From Octopus bimaculoides (taxonomy: Eukaryota): a stretch of 61,193 nucleotides of DNA. Position numbers and translations under genes: made by a program. Below, one piece after another: positions 1 to 13,145 of this stretch (positions within the stretch are counted from its first letter, which is position 1; each line of letters begins with the position of its first letter). The notes below the pieces were generated by a model that searched no databases, was not told the DNA's origin, and worked only from the letters and a program-made list of their open reading frames with translations. Location: positions 39,172,548 through 39,233,740 of the forward strand of contig NC_068999.1 in the NCBI RefSeq assembly GCF_001194135.2, given 5' to 3'.

Positions 1-154
1 GTGTATATATATATATGTATATATATATATGTATATATATATATGTATATATGTGTATATATATATATGTATATATGTGTATATATATATATGTATATAT
101 GTGTATATATATATATGTATATATGTGAATATGTATATATACATATATGTTTGC

Positions 155-187
<33 letters not shown>

Positions 188-240
188 TATACAGATATGT
201 ATATATGTGCATATATATATATATATATCGATTCCTCATA
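1..240. repeat. Compound (TA)n/(TATG) microsatellite
   Basis: TA-based array with a ~24-bp higher-order period; gives the MYICVYIY pseudo-ORFs. Confidence 0.95.
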
Positions 241-1403
241 CATATAGCAACAAAGTATATTATGTTTGTCCTCATGTATATATTATTTTCTCTCTCACAC
301 ATTATATATCCAGGTACGTGTGTGCGTGTGAGATTAAATTTATGCATATGTTTAACCATTACATCTTTCTATAAATATACACGCGCATAGATGGAGAGAA
401 CATACATGCACACACACGCAAACATACAGAAACACGTACAAACACGCACATATATTTGCATGTTTATCAATATCATAATCATAAACATATGTGTACATAT
501 ATATTCGCAGAAATATATGTGTATGTATACGTATGAATCTATAAGTAAGAAAATATCTCTTTACAGCATATATATGTATAGATATGGACATTATATACAT
601 ATATATAGATGTATATACATACACATATATACATACATGTATAAATATATGTATACATACATGTATATCTTTCTGCGTGTTTGTGTGTGCGCGCGCGCGC
701 GCCTGTAACGCATGTCGTTGTTTCATTTAGGGTAAGTTGATATATACCCATTCTGGAAGCAAGTGATTTGTCGGAAACCAAGGAAGGTTATTAACCTCCA
801 CGTTCATGACATTCGATCTCATATGAATAACTATCCATGAATTGGCATACACCCTTACACACTCCTTCGCATACCCGCACAAACCGGTGCACATGCGTAT
901 ATACATAACTAATACATGCACGTGACTGCATGAGTGTGTATGTGTGTACTCGTTTATGTATACGTATACACATGTGAAATATGAATTGAAATGACAAACA
1001 TGTACAGGTAAATAACCTTCCTCTGTTCAGATATTTGTTGATTAAGTGGCAAATGGATATATTTTGTAACAACATTACTCCATTTGTAAATATATAAAAC
1101 AAATCGACAGAACATGTGACATGATTGAAATTTAATTGTTGGGGTGGATTCATTCGTCGAAATTTCCTCAAGGCGGCTCCTCAGAATAACCGCCGATTAA
1201 TGATTGAAACATGTCAAAATATGAAAAATAAAGATACTGTATATATGCATTTGCGTATGTGTGTTTGTGTGTGTATATATATATATATATACATACATGG
1301 AATGGGGATTGCAAATTGTTCCCAGAGTGGGATTTTCCTACAAATAAATGAAAATCAAATCGTGCTGCATCATCTAATACACTATGATATATATATATAT
1401 ATT

Positions 1404-1446
<43 letters not shown>

Positions 1447-1499
1447 AACCGACAATCACGCGATCGTCAAACTAATTACCAGTCTATGTATATGTATAA

Positions 1500-1544
<45 letters not shown>

Positions 1545-2223
1545 AGTGTGTGTGTCAGTGTTGTGCTTGAGTGAATGTATGATGGTTTTTGTTTTTAAAC
1601 CTCCGAAACGTTAGGTTTTACTGGGTTTGCTGCGGCTAATCTATGAAGCCACACAATAGTTAGAATCAATGTAACCCACGGAATTGGATTTGGGAAATGA
1701 GCGTAGTTGTTGCTTTTGTACCAAGAATGTAAAATAATGGCAAGGTGGGCGGGGTAATAGGTCATTATTAAATGGACGCATTTGTCATGATGTAAGCTAA
1801 CACACGTGCGTATTGTAATGGTTGTACACGATGGCCACATGTATTTGCTACCAGCTAATTCATATCCTTATATAGATAGTGATATCAAGAGAATCAAATA
1901 TGCGGTTTATGCGTACGCACACACTCACACACAAAAACACACGAGTAAATATGTATGCGTATTAAAACATTCGCACGCAAGTATACATACATACGTATCT
2001 ATACACACACACACACACACACACAGATGAGAAATATAAGTGCCAAGGCACGAAACTGGAAGACTTAGAGTGACTGTTGCTTCTATTAAATATTGATAAA
2101 AGTACACAGACTTATGCTCTGAGTTCTATTTTTCGTGTTTGCCTCAACATACTTGAAAAATATAGGAATGCATTTCTATACACATATGTATATACGAATG
2201 TTTTATTCATACGCACACACACA

Positions 2224-2271
<48 letters not shown>

Positions 2272-2564
2272 GAATATACAAATACAGAAGCACACATGTG
2301 TGTGAATGTATCTGTTTTGACGTACAGGTGTACGTGTTAGCGTTTGCATACGCGAGAATGCTAGTGCGCGTGTGTTGTGTGTGAGGGGATGGACGTGAAT
2401 GGGCTGCTTAGTTTCCACTTGAAAACAGTTGTTGAAGCTGTACATTAGTATGAAAGACTCAAAGAAAGGAGTGCCAACATAGAATTCTTAATCTATATTA
2501 GGGAATAATTGTCATATCTGATAATGCTTTATCTTATATTGTTCAGAAGAATTATAACAGTTAC

Positions 2565-2716
2565 CAGAGAAATGAGATGCACTCCAACTGAGTATTGGGG
2601 CCGTTACGATTGATGTTTAATTTCAGCATTAATTCTTTGATGCTCCTTTAAATGCATATTGGTCGTGCGGTCGTTCGAATTCTTGTTCCTGATTTTGTGT
2701 TGCTCAAAGATTTTGA
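2565..2716 (-). CDS. Weak candidate first exon (ATG 2629, MLKLNINRNGPNTQLECISFL, phase-2 donor)
   Basis: Minus strand: Inr-like TCAGTC at 2720-2715, ATG at 2629, donor TG|GTAACT after 2565. No homology recognised. Confidence 0.2.
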
Positions 2717-2983
2717 CTGAAATACTCCAGGAATCAAGCTGTGACCGCACGTTTTTTCCCCCCTTTGTTATATGTTCAAGGCTCGAATATATGGCATTTT
2801 TCTTTCATTTTTAACAGCGATTGATTTAGATTTATATAATTGCATGTCGAAAAACGAATGTATATATGGTTTCAGGTTTGTCGTTTGGACTGAATGAGTT
2901 CTGTGGGTATTTTCAGTCAACTGTGCACGGGGAATAAGGTGCAAAGTTCTGTGGAGACCTCGCACCATACATATATGCAGACG

Positions 2984-3048
<65 letters not shown>

Positions 3049-3094
3049 GAATGCATATATACTTACACAAAGACATATACACAGAAATATACGT

Positions 3095-3155
3095 AACGGC
3101 CGAAAGTTTATAGGTGTACCTGGTGGAGAGAAACTTAAAGAAGCCTGTCATCCGT
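3095..3155 (+). mobile_element. Degenerate fragment of the CORE-type octopus SINE (end of 5' half)
   Basis: ggtggagagaaacttaaagaagcctgtc matches ggtagacggaaactgaaagaagcctgtcg in the copy at 6043-6205. Confidence 0.6.
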
Positions 3156-4581
3156 ATGTATTATATAAATGAAGCATTGATCATAGAGCAGACATCACAT
3201 TCGAGTCAACTACTTTATATATAACACCTTACCTCAAACATTTGACCAAATATTACTATGGTTCTAATCATATAAATATATACATATACATAAAAACACA
3301 GAAGGTAAAAATATATGCGAATAAAATACAAATATACAGAACGACCTATCAAAATGGTAAATATAAACGACTAAAAATTCATAAAATTTCTAAAGTTTGT
3401 CATGCTACAGAAAAACTAAATAAACTAAGATAAAATAAAGTATCAATCGACTAAAAATATTCTGAAGGTTTTTTTTTTTTACTTCCCTCACACAAGAGTC
3501 CGTCCAAAAAGTTCAACTCTTAAAATCAGGGTAGGTTAGAGTCCATGAGCACATACAGTTCCACAAAATCAATTCATACAGAACTATGGCCGTTTCAAGA
3601 GCTCATTATCGCTGTTCGATTACGTTTAAAGTGCATCCTGGCAATGACGCCTTCATCATGATGAACAGGAAACATGCACAGAACAAAGCTAAAGATGATT
3701 TTTTTTTATTGCCCAAAAGGGGCCAACAGAGGGGACAGCACGATCTGATTTGGGGTCAGATGAACGAATGGAATAGACAAAAATATCAATTTAAAANNNN
3801 NNNNNNNNNNNNNNNNNNNNNNNNNNNNNNNNNNNNNNNNNNNNNNNNNNNNNNNNNNNNNNNNNNNNNNNNNNNNNNNNNNNNNNNNNNNNNNNNNNNN
3901 NNNNNNNNNNNNNNNNNNNNNNNNNNNNNNNNNNNNNNNNNNNNNNNNNNNNNNNNNNNNNNNNNNNNNNNNNNNNNNNNNNNNNNNNNNNNNNNNNNNN
4001 NNNNNNNNNNNNNNNNNNNNNNNNNNNNNNNNNNNNNNNNNNNNNNNNNNNNNNNNNNNNNNNNNNNNNNNNNNNNNNNNNNNNNNNNNNNNNNNNNNNN
4101 NNNNNNNNNNNNNNNNNNNNNNNNNNNNNNNNNNNNNNNNNNNNNNNNNNNNNNNNNNNNNNNNNNNNNNNNNNNNNNNNNNNNNNNNNNNNNNNNNNNN
4201 NNNNNNNNNNNNNNNNNNNNNNNNNNNNNNNNNNNNNNNNNNNNNNNNNNNNNNNNNNNNNNNNNNNNNNNNNNNNNNNNNNNNNNNNNNNNNNNNNNNN
4301 NNNNNNNNNNNNNNNNNNNNNNNNNNNNNNNNNNNNNNNNNNNNNNNNNNNNNNNNNNNNNNNNNNNNNNNNNNNNNNNNNNNNNNNNNNNNNNNNNNNN
4401 NNNNNNNNNNNNNNNNNNNNNNNNNNNNNNNNNNNNNNNNNNNNNNNNNNNNNNNNNNNNNNNNNNNNNNNNNNNNNNNNNNNNNNNNNNNNNNNNNNNN
4501 NNNNNNNNNNNNNNNNNNNNNNNNNNNNNNNNNNNNNNNNNNNNNNNNNNNNNNNNNNNNNNNNNNNNNNNNNNNNNNNNN

Positions 4582-5010
4582 CACCTCAGTAAATTTAGAA
4601 AAAGAAAAAAAAGAACAAAAAATGCACGAATTATTTCATTGATAAACCTGCAGGTGGCTGTTATAGAAATTTAAACTAACCGGTTTCAAATCTCGGTAAA
4701 ACTAAATATTATTTGTTACATCTACTTTTACTTCTAAGCAATTTCAGAAAAGTAGAAGAAGACTTATGGGTGCGAAAAAGTTTCACCTCAGTAAATTTAG
4801 AAAAAAAAAAAAAGAACAAAAAAATGCACGAATTATTTCATTGATAAACCTGCAGGTGGCTGTTATAGAAATTTAAACTCACCGGTTTCAAATCTCGGTA
4901 AAACTAAATATTATTTGTTACATCTACTTTTACTTCTAAACACTTTCAGAAAAGTAGAAGAAAAACATAAGGGTGCAAAAACGGTTCACCTCAGTAAATA
5001 TTAAAAAAAA
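4582..5010. repeat. ~203-bp tandem repeat, 2.1 visible copies, running out of a gap
   Basis: Unit start cacctcagtaaat at 4582, 4784 and 4987; the two full units are highly similar. Confidence 0.95.
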
Positions 5011-5539
5011 AAGATTGTCCCCTTGATGGGTTCTGTCTCACTACTAATACAATATATTAATGCGTTGTTAAAGAGGGGGGGGGGTAATTTGGATAGGTTT
5101 TATACAGGCAGTACTGTAAAAGTTAAGGCTTGGTATAGGGCCTACATGATTTCGCTTTCGAACGAAAACCACTGTAATTCTACTACACTTGCCTCTTATA
5201 TACAAGGTTTAAAACTAATAATAAAAGGTATTCTTTTGAATGGTCTGTTATTTCGAGGGCCCCTCATTTCAGAGTAAATATTAATAAGTGTAAGTCATGT
5301 GTAACGGAATCCCTTGCCATCCTTGGGAATCTGGGGCCTAAAGCTTTAAATAAATTTACTGAGATGATCCCTTTGTGCAACCATAAGTATGGTGGTGTTA
5401 TATAAAAAAGTCGTTGACTTGAATTTGATGTTTGTTTTATGATCAATGTTTCTTCATCTTTGTCTTTAAATTTGAGTACTTCTTTTTGCAGTCCCATAAA
5501 CCCTTTGTCTCCATAAGAAACAAAAATTATTTCTTGTTG

Positions 5540-5595
<56 letters not shown>

Positions 5596-5629
5596 TATAT
5601 GTCTGTGTGTGCGTGTGTGTGTGCGTGTC

Positions 5630-5830
5630 TTTGTGTCTGTGACTGAGCGGGTTTCCCCCACTATGTTTTCCACAACCATTGTTAGCTAGCGTGTTTACGT
5701 CCTCGTAACTCAAGGGTATCGGCAAAACAAACGGATAGAATATGCTCAAAGCTTTTTAAAAAATGACTACCGCGACTGATTCATTCGACAAAACTTTATT
5801 CAAGTCAGTCCCCCAATGCACGTAAGAGAT
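5630..5830 (+). mobile_element. 3' half of the CORE-type octopus SINE
   Basis: gtgtttacgtcctcgtaact...cggcaaaa...gatagaata motif, also seen at 23385, 29970 (minus) and 55265. Confidence 0.65.
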
Positions 5831-6042
5831 GGTGCCCAACTGACGACCCTACTATACTGTATAGTCGTCAAAATCAAAAAAAGAACCAATACTAATGCGC
5901 GAAAGTAAATATATAAGATGGCAACAATTTATCCATTGTACCAAGTACATACACACTAGGACACACCCGCACACACTCATACAAACACACACACGCATGC
6001 TCACATACACACACACACACACACACATATATAGTGGCTATA

Positions 6043-6205
6043 GGCGCCGGAGTGGCTGTGTGATAAGAAAATGCTTCCTAACCACATGGTTCCGAGTTCA
6101 GTTCCACTGCGTGGCACCTTGGGCAAGTGTCTTCTACTACAGCTTCAGGCCGACAGCAGCCTTGTGAGTGGATTTGGTAGACGGAAACTGAAAGAAGCCT
6201 GTCGT
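6043..6205 (+). mobile_element. tRNA-derived CORE-type SINE, 5' half (OR-like octopus family)
   Basis: A-box-like tggctgtgtgataag, B-box-like agttcagttcc, CORE-like ggcaccttgggcaagtgtcttctact (compare MIR core accttgggcaagt); homologous copies at 31828 and 54955. Family name is from recall. Confidence 0.9.
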
Positions 6206-6898
6206 ATATATATATATATATATAAATCATCTGTTATTTTACATTTCTCAAACGCATACAAGCATTTAACTTTGTAGTACTAAGCTTATGTGAGATGAAG
6301 AATGACAATATTTGACCGAAATTACGCATACATACACACACAATAACAGCACATAAATACATATTTACACATACAGACACACATCCGCATATTAATGCTT
6401 GATTTTACGTGAAGTTATATATCAAAACAGTTTAACAGTAAATTGAAGAAGGATAACTCAGTATATTTTAGTGGCATATATAATTTTTACATATGTGTAT
6501 GTCCCTATATACATGGCTTGTGTGTATATAGATGCATAAAAATGTGTATAAATATACATCCATTTTATATATATATATATATATATAAATCCATTTAAAT
6601 ATCTTCTTATATGTAGTGCTATAGGATATGCGGTTGTGTATTTTATGCGTGCGCTTTCGTATATATGTTTTACGTAATCTATTTGATGTCTGTTAGATAT
6701 TCAGTTTTCATATGTTGGTCTATAATTACAGCTTTGCTAGCACCATCTCACATGATACATGAATCCAAGTGAAAATCGAAGCCATTCAGTTTCCAATAAT
6801 TTGATCCTGCATTAAATTCCGTGTATCTACACAAAATATGATTTGATGTCAAACCTTCATACACTATTTATTTAGTTTCAAATAGTTTCACGCTCACA

Positions 6899-6931
<33 letters not shown>

Positions 6932-7065
6932 TTTTTTTTTTCAGAGTTAAAAAAATAGTAATATCACCTGACCAACATGGTTGACGGTATCAGTCGTCGA
7001 GAACGATTTTATCTGATCTCTTAGTGGACTGCATTGCCAAAAATATGTAGCACCAGTAGACCTAC

Positions 7066-7400
7066 CTGAGTATATGTCTTCAGACTACTACTACTACTAC
7101 TACTACTACTAACGTTGCCGTCAGCGCTACAGCTATTCGGGTCACAGAAAAGGAGTTTCTCCCGCTTTGCTCTCGGTTGCTGTATATCTTCCAAAATGTC
7201 GCTGAACGAGTGTAGCATTTAAGCAAAAAGCTTGTAGAGTAGAGCTAAACTCGGTGATTCTCCCATTACGAACAAACCTTCCTTTCCCAGATTTCCAGTG
7301 ACTCATTTCGCAGCAATCTGCTTCCGTTGGTGAGAGTCGCGGTAGGCTGATGCGATGAGCATTAATGTTCATCTTGCCAGCCGACACACGTGTCAAACAC
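7066..7400 (-). CDS. Candidate first exon (ATG 7218; 51 codons MLHSFSD...SSSSLKTYTQ; phase-0 donor)
   Basis: CpG/GC-elevated island; strong donor CAG|GTAGGT after 7066; ORF 7218-7066 open. ATG context is weak (in-frame TAA directly upstream), so it may be 5'UTR. Confidence 0.3.
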
Positions 7401-8728
7401 ACGCACTCATTCAGGAACACATTCATGTATATTCACACTCACGTTCATACATGCACACACACATTCACATTCACGGACGTACATACCATTCCGGTTTATC
7501 CCATAAGCTCCCATATGCTCCCATATTCAAATAGATTTTCCATGACATTTTGTAGCCTGAAATATTTCGTAAAATAAAAGCCATGCTACCAATATGACTT
7601 ACATTCGTTTATCTATGTTTTTTTGCATTTTTATGTTACATGCATTCTTATGTAAATATTGTAGACACGAACGTAAGAGAATAAAAATCGGTGCGTTCAC
7701 AATGTCTGAACATAAAGTGAGACAGTGTCACACTTTCTATTCACGATTCCTTTAACCATAATCATTCTTTTTACATATTTTTTTATTTTCGTATATTACT
7801 ACTTTTTACCGTTATTAATTTCGTTATTCTATTTAATTCTATCGTGTCATTTAGTTTAAACTATTATTCTGTCATTGTTTCGCATATTTTTATCTTTTAA
7901 ACGTAGAATGAAGCGTTTGAATATATTTTTTTTAGTCTCTTAAAATTTGTTTTTAATCAGTGAATCGTTTATGCAATCTAGGAATGTTACCGAAATCACG
8001 TAATTACCCTAAGGATCGGAAACGTGAAACGAAATGTCGTAATTGGAGAAGTTTCAACTTCAAAATAAACTCGGTAATAAATCTATCTATCTGTCTATCT
8101 ATCTATCTAATATATATATGTACGAGTATACATACATACTAACTTATATAAGCATACTTGTATAAAGATGTTCAAAGACATATGCATGCATATATAAATG
8201 CATATATATATATATANNNNNNNNNNNNNNNNNNNNNNNNNNNNNNNNNNNNNNNNNNNNNNNNNNNNNNNNNNNNNNNNNNNNNNNNNNNNNNNNNNNN
8301 NNNNNNNNNNNNNNNNNNNNNNNNNNNNNNNNNNNNNNNNNNNNNNNNNNNNNNNNNNNNNNNNNNNNNNNNNNNNNNNNNNNNNNNNNNNNNNNNNNNN
8401 NNNNNNNNNNNNNNNNNNNNNNNNNNNNNNNNNNNNNNNNNNNNNNNNNNNNNNNNNNNNNNNNNNNNNNNNNNNNNNNNNNNNNNNNNNNNNNNNNNNN
8501 NNNNNNNNNNNNNNNNNNNNNNNNNNNNNNNNNNNNNNNNNNNNNNNNNNNNNNNNNNNNNNNNNNNNNNNNNNNNNNNNNNNNNNNNNNNNNNNNNNNN
8601 NNNNNNNNNNNNNNNNNNNNNNNNNNNNNNNNNNNNNNNNNNNNNNNNNNNNNNNNNNNNNNNNNNNNNNNNNNNNNNNNNNNNNNNNNNNNNNNNNNNN
8701 NNNNNNNNNNNNNNNNNNNNNNNNNNNN

Positions 8729-8769
<41 letters not shown>

Positions 8770-8789
8770 CACCGGAAATATCTGACCCG

Positions 8790-9250
8790 ATGTTCTCTGT
8801 AAACTACTGATAATCTTTAACAGGGAGTTGTCACAAATGGAGATTAATTTCAATAAGAGGTGTGATAGGGTCGCATAGAATGTTCTAGATGTAACAAAGA
8901 GGCCAGCTTTACGGGATAAGGATCAAGTGAACAGTGGATGATATTATGCTAATACATTCTCTGATGGATAACATTAATCAACACGGGATTACGTGGAAAT
9001 GTTCGCTTTGTGTTATATAAATACTTTGAAATAAGCTACATACAAACAGAGGAACTGCATTGAGACAATCCGCACTAAGCTGTGTTAAAAAATGGATGGA
9101 CTGTTTACGTTATCGGGTTCTAGAGAATACACTACGCTTATAAACTGAGAGACTCGGTACTCCATCGGTTACGACGATGAGTTGATTGATTCCACTTGAT
9201 GTGATCAACAAAATCATCCGGATTCACACACGGGGGTGGGTGGGAAAATA
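8790..9250 (+). mobile_element. Possible highly decayed mariner transposase remnant
   Basis: Scattered, frameshifted resemblances to VTGDE (GVVTNGD), TVN..YY (QVNSG*YYAN) and DFHLF (FHL) in the expected order. Weak. Confidence 0.25.
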
Positions 9251-9358
9251 TCATTGTCCAAACTTCTATGCATTCTATCATTCACGTTTTCTCTCTCTTT
9301 ATTTCTATATTTCCATCTCACACTTTTCTCTTATACGAGTCTTGAAATATACATACAT

Positions 9359-9492
<134 letters not shown>

Positions 9493-9494
9493 GC

Positions 9495-10720
9495 TAATAA
9501 GGCAAGTGGAAATCTAGGCCGGTGGATAGAAAGGAGTGTAGGGATGTCTCGAACAAATTTTGACGAAGAAACCTTTCCTGCTTGAATTATAAAAAAATCC
9601 AAATATCATCGCAATGGCCTTGGAAGAATATGGTTTGATTATAGGAAGGCATTTTACTATATTCCCCTCTTATGGCTCCAGAAGTGTTTGAATTTTGCAA
9701 GGTGTCTGCTATCTTAATTAGTGCCATTGTAAAGCTTACAAAGAGCTGGTCAAAAATTGTTACACTTGGATACGAGACCGGAAAGATTGTCTCCAATATT
9801 ATAAATATTTCAAAGGGAATATTCCAAGGATTTTAATTTTTTTGCAATTCTTTTTATTTTGGCATTGAATCCATTATCATTCCTGCTGCAACAATCATAT
9901 GACTAGATGCTAAGGTTTGCAAATACTAAAGATATTAATTCAACCCATAATTTCTTTATGGATGACCTCAAGTCTTATGCGAAAAATGTTACCAATGCAA
10001 ACAAAATGTTTATATTTGATTGCTGAATGAGAAAAATCAGCACCTCAGCCTCAAAACGTGCGCAAAAATTGTCTCAATATTTTTTCTGTCTTACAATATG
10101 AATTCTACAACTACCAAGATATTGATGAAAAGATATCATAGGAAGGTACTGTGAATAAAGAGAGAGGAATCCGAGAATATTATAATATAGTAGTCGGAAC
10201 TCTCCTCTTACGACATAACAACATCACATTGCATTTGCTGTGCTAGTACTGATTCCAACCTTTGGCATGCTTGACAAGCCTGCACAAGAAATTCACTGCA
10301 TAGACGTTCAAACCCACAATATTCTGACATCAACTGGAAGTCTCTACAGGAAGAGTGATATCGACAGGCTCTATCTAAAAACAGATAAAGGAGGTAGTGG
10401 CTTGAGATCAGTGTAAACAGAGTTCGAACGTGGTATAGTCTCTATCAGATAAGACTTGTTAAACAACAGCAGCAAAAATAAATACATTGACTTAGTCCCG
10501 ATGACCTTCCATACATCCCCAAAACAGCCGGACTAACATACCTCAAAGGAGGCCTCAATGTGAAACTCTCAGCATAGTATACTTTAATACGTTGCTTAAG
10601 CATAGCTATACAAACAAACTGGAGTTCGAACTCAGTATACATACGCTTCATAATACAACGGTATTGGAGTACAGAGCGTCATATGGCATTAAAAGAATGA
10701 TAAGGGAATAGGAGATTATG
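9495..10720 (+). mobile_element. Decayed R4/Dong-clade non-LTR retrotransposon, RT core to thumb
   Basis: Motifs in order, with stops and frameshifts: WFDYRKAF (9631), GIFQG, LALNPLSFLL, HNFFMDDLKSYAKN (FMDD 9955-9966), KSDIDRLYLKTDKGGSGLRS (~10350-10410). These match R4/Dong hallmarks WIDYKKAF, YMDDLKLY and DVDRLY..R..GGRGL. Confidence 0.85.
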
Positions 10721-10974
10721 CAATGAACTTCATTAGCAAACAGCTGTCGTTGCTATACGATTCAGTGCACGCAAAGGTGAGTGCGTAAGTATCTCTTTAT
10801 TCATAGGACTTTAATGCTGTTGTTGAGGGGTCGATTAATTGAGAATACAATATAACACCCATAGATAAGACGACTCCCCATCTCAAGACAATAACGCCAC
10901 AGATGTTGGATTTGCTGCTTCTGTTCAGATGAGTATATTTGAACAACAGGAAATGAATTATATTACTTTAGATA

Positions 10975-11055
10975 ATATGCCCTTGCACCTGCCGATTCGG
11001 GAATCGAAATCAAATCAGTAAGATCGTGAATCCAATAGTGTAACCACCAGCTTTT
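10975..11055 (-). mobile_element. tRNA-like SINE head fragment
   Basis: Reverse complement ctggtggttacactattggattcacgatcttactgatttgatttcgattcccgaatcgg resembles the head at 17440-17582. Confidence 0.55.
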
Positions 11056-11294
11056 ACATATTCGTAGGCGATATTTCGAGTTTCAGTGAACTTGATAATC
11101 ACAATATGAATGTGTATATGCTTGCATGTATGTATGTATGTATGTATGTATGTATGTATGTATGTATGTATGTATCAATGCATGAATGTATCTCTGTATG
11201 TGTATAGGTTTACGTAATCTCTTTAATGATATATATATACATACATACAGGCACATTTGCATATATATATCAGTATTTTTATGCATAAATATGT

Positions 11295-11344
<50 letters not shown>

Positions 11345-11372
11345 GTCAACACACATATATATATATATGTCA

Positions 11373-11411
<39 letters not shown>

Positions 11412-12555
11412 TATATATATATATATAGAAACATACATATATATATGCACATATATATATATATATATATACATACATATGTATGCTTATTTACTTATAT
11501 ATATTTATATATATATATGTATGCACCTATATTTATATCTATCTATCTATCGGTCTATCTATGCTTCTGTGTTCCTCTCTATCTATCTACAGATCAATGA
11601 TTCAAACAATATATTTCCCTATAAAGCACTGCACTATATTTTAATATGTATTTCCTTCTACCTCTTCGCTTTGACAGTTAATCACATGATTCATATTTCT
11701 TTCATATAGTTTTCAACTAAAATTCTATATAGCATTTACACCTTTTACCGTAAAGACTTCCTGACTTTAAGCACTTGGTGAGCTTTTATTCTTACTTCTC
11801 GTTCATTTATTTTTTTCATGTATACATTCATGCATTCATTCAGTTACTGAGTCATTCTCTTAAAAAAAAACAAAAAAAAAAAACGACGTTATTCTTTCAA
11901 ACTACATAAAATTTGTTGAATGCTACCTGGATTTCTTTCTCATGTTACCGCAACACATATACAAATGTTTTTGTTGTTGTTACTGAGGAAACATTAAATG
12001 GAGATTAAACTACAAATGAAGTAGTATATGCCACATACGCTCACATGGCAAGACGTTTTGTTAGTCAGCCAAACATTCTTTTCGTGTCGTTTTTTGGGGA
12101 ACTCAGAGTATTACATAATAAGTTTTAACAGCAACATTTTTAAAGTTAAAATAAAATCTCAACACATACTGAAGAAATATTAGAGTTAGTTCTCTACCGA
12201 GGGAAACGACGGCAAGTTAATGGAACGGAGTTTCAGAGAAAATGAAGAGAAACGTTCTACAACTGAGAAATCGAATTGTCATTTTAGTGAGATGAAAATG
12301 ATATAATTACACATGAGCGCAAACGCACACAAATCTTAAATTAACACTCTATAGATACATACATTAATTTTACAGGTAAAACGTTAATAGACTCATTGTG
12401 CCTGTCTTCATCAGACTAAAGGTAAATTAAACGAATATCTGAAGATGTTTTCGAAGTTGTTCCTTATAAAGTTGATATGTCCATACTCTAAAACGTATTG
12501 AGTTATCGTTTAATTTTAAATTGGTTTTACATAAAATTGACATAAAACATTGGCT

Positions 12556-12743
12556 GCAAATTTTGGCGCAAAGCCAGTAAGTTCGGAGATAGCCGGTAGG
12601 TCGATAACATTGAACTAGTACTTATTCCATCAAGCCTGAAAGGATGAAATTAAAGAATGAAGACGAAGTTAACCTCGGTGTTCTTTGAATTCAGAGCTTA
12701 AAGACAGACGAGAAGCCACTACTCATTTCGCCCGGTGTGCTCA
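12556..12743 (-). mobile_element. Second SINE family (Meta-domain-like), reverse copy
   Basis: Reverse complement has gcacaccgggcgaaatg...ctgaattcaaagaacaccgaggttaact...ttcatcctttcaggcttgatggaataagtactag...gcgccaaaatttg. Confidence 0.8.
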
Positions 12744-12971
12744 TGCACACATATATATGCATTCAAATGAGCACAAAGGTGCAAAACAATGTGAAGACAA
12801 TAATACAAGCATAACAGAGGTAGTGCCAAATGCCATGTTCTTGAAATTGTAAAGGTTTTATACACTTTGCTTCGAAGAAAATATAATGTGACGGTACTAC
12901 AACAAATTTATGTTAATTACTTCTAACATAAGTACAGTGACACAAATATTGGTTTAGATAGATAACTTGGT

Positions 12972-13145
12972 ATAAGCAAATGCCTTTCCGACTATACGTT
13001 CTGAGGTCAAATTCTGCCGAAGTTGACTTTGCTTTACACCATTGCGGAGTCGATTAAATAAGTACAAGTTGAGCACTGCAGTCGATGCAATCGTCTTACC
13101 CACTTCCCTAAAATTGCTGGCCATGTGCCAAAATTTGAAACAAAT
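12972..13145 (+). mobile_element. Second SINE family (Meta-domain-like), forward copy
   Basis: gttctgaggtcaaattctgccgaagttgactttgc...gtcgattaaataagtacaagttgagcactgcagtcgatgcaatcg...gtgccaaaatttgaaa. Confidence 0.85.

Noticed and set aside
727-921. NNLPWFPTNH resembling the VPWFPR motif of aromatic amino acid hydroxylases
   Set aside because: Only four residues match, the following sequence diverges, a stop follows and no splice sites fit.
3170-3560. Possible pogo/Tigger-like MITE ends
   Set aside because: Resemblance is too weak; no matching pair of TIRs could be shown.
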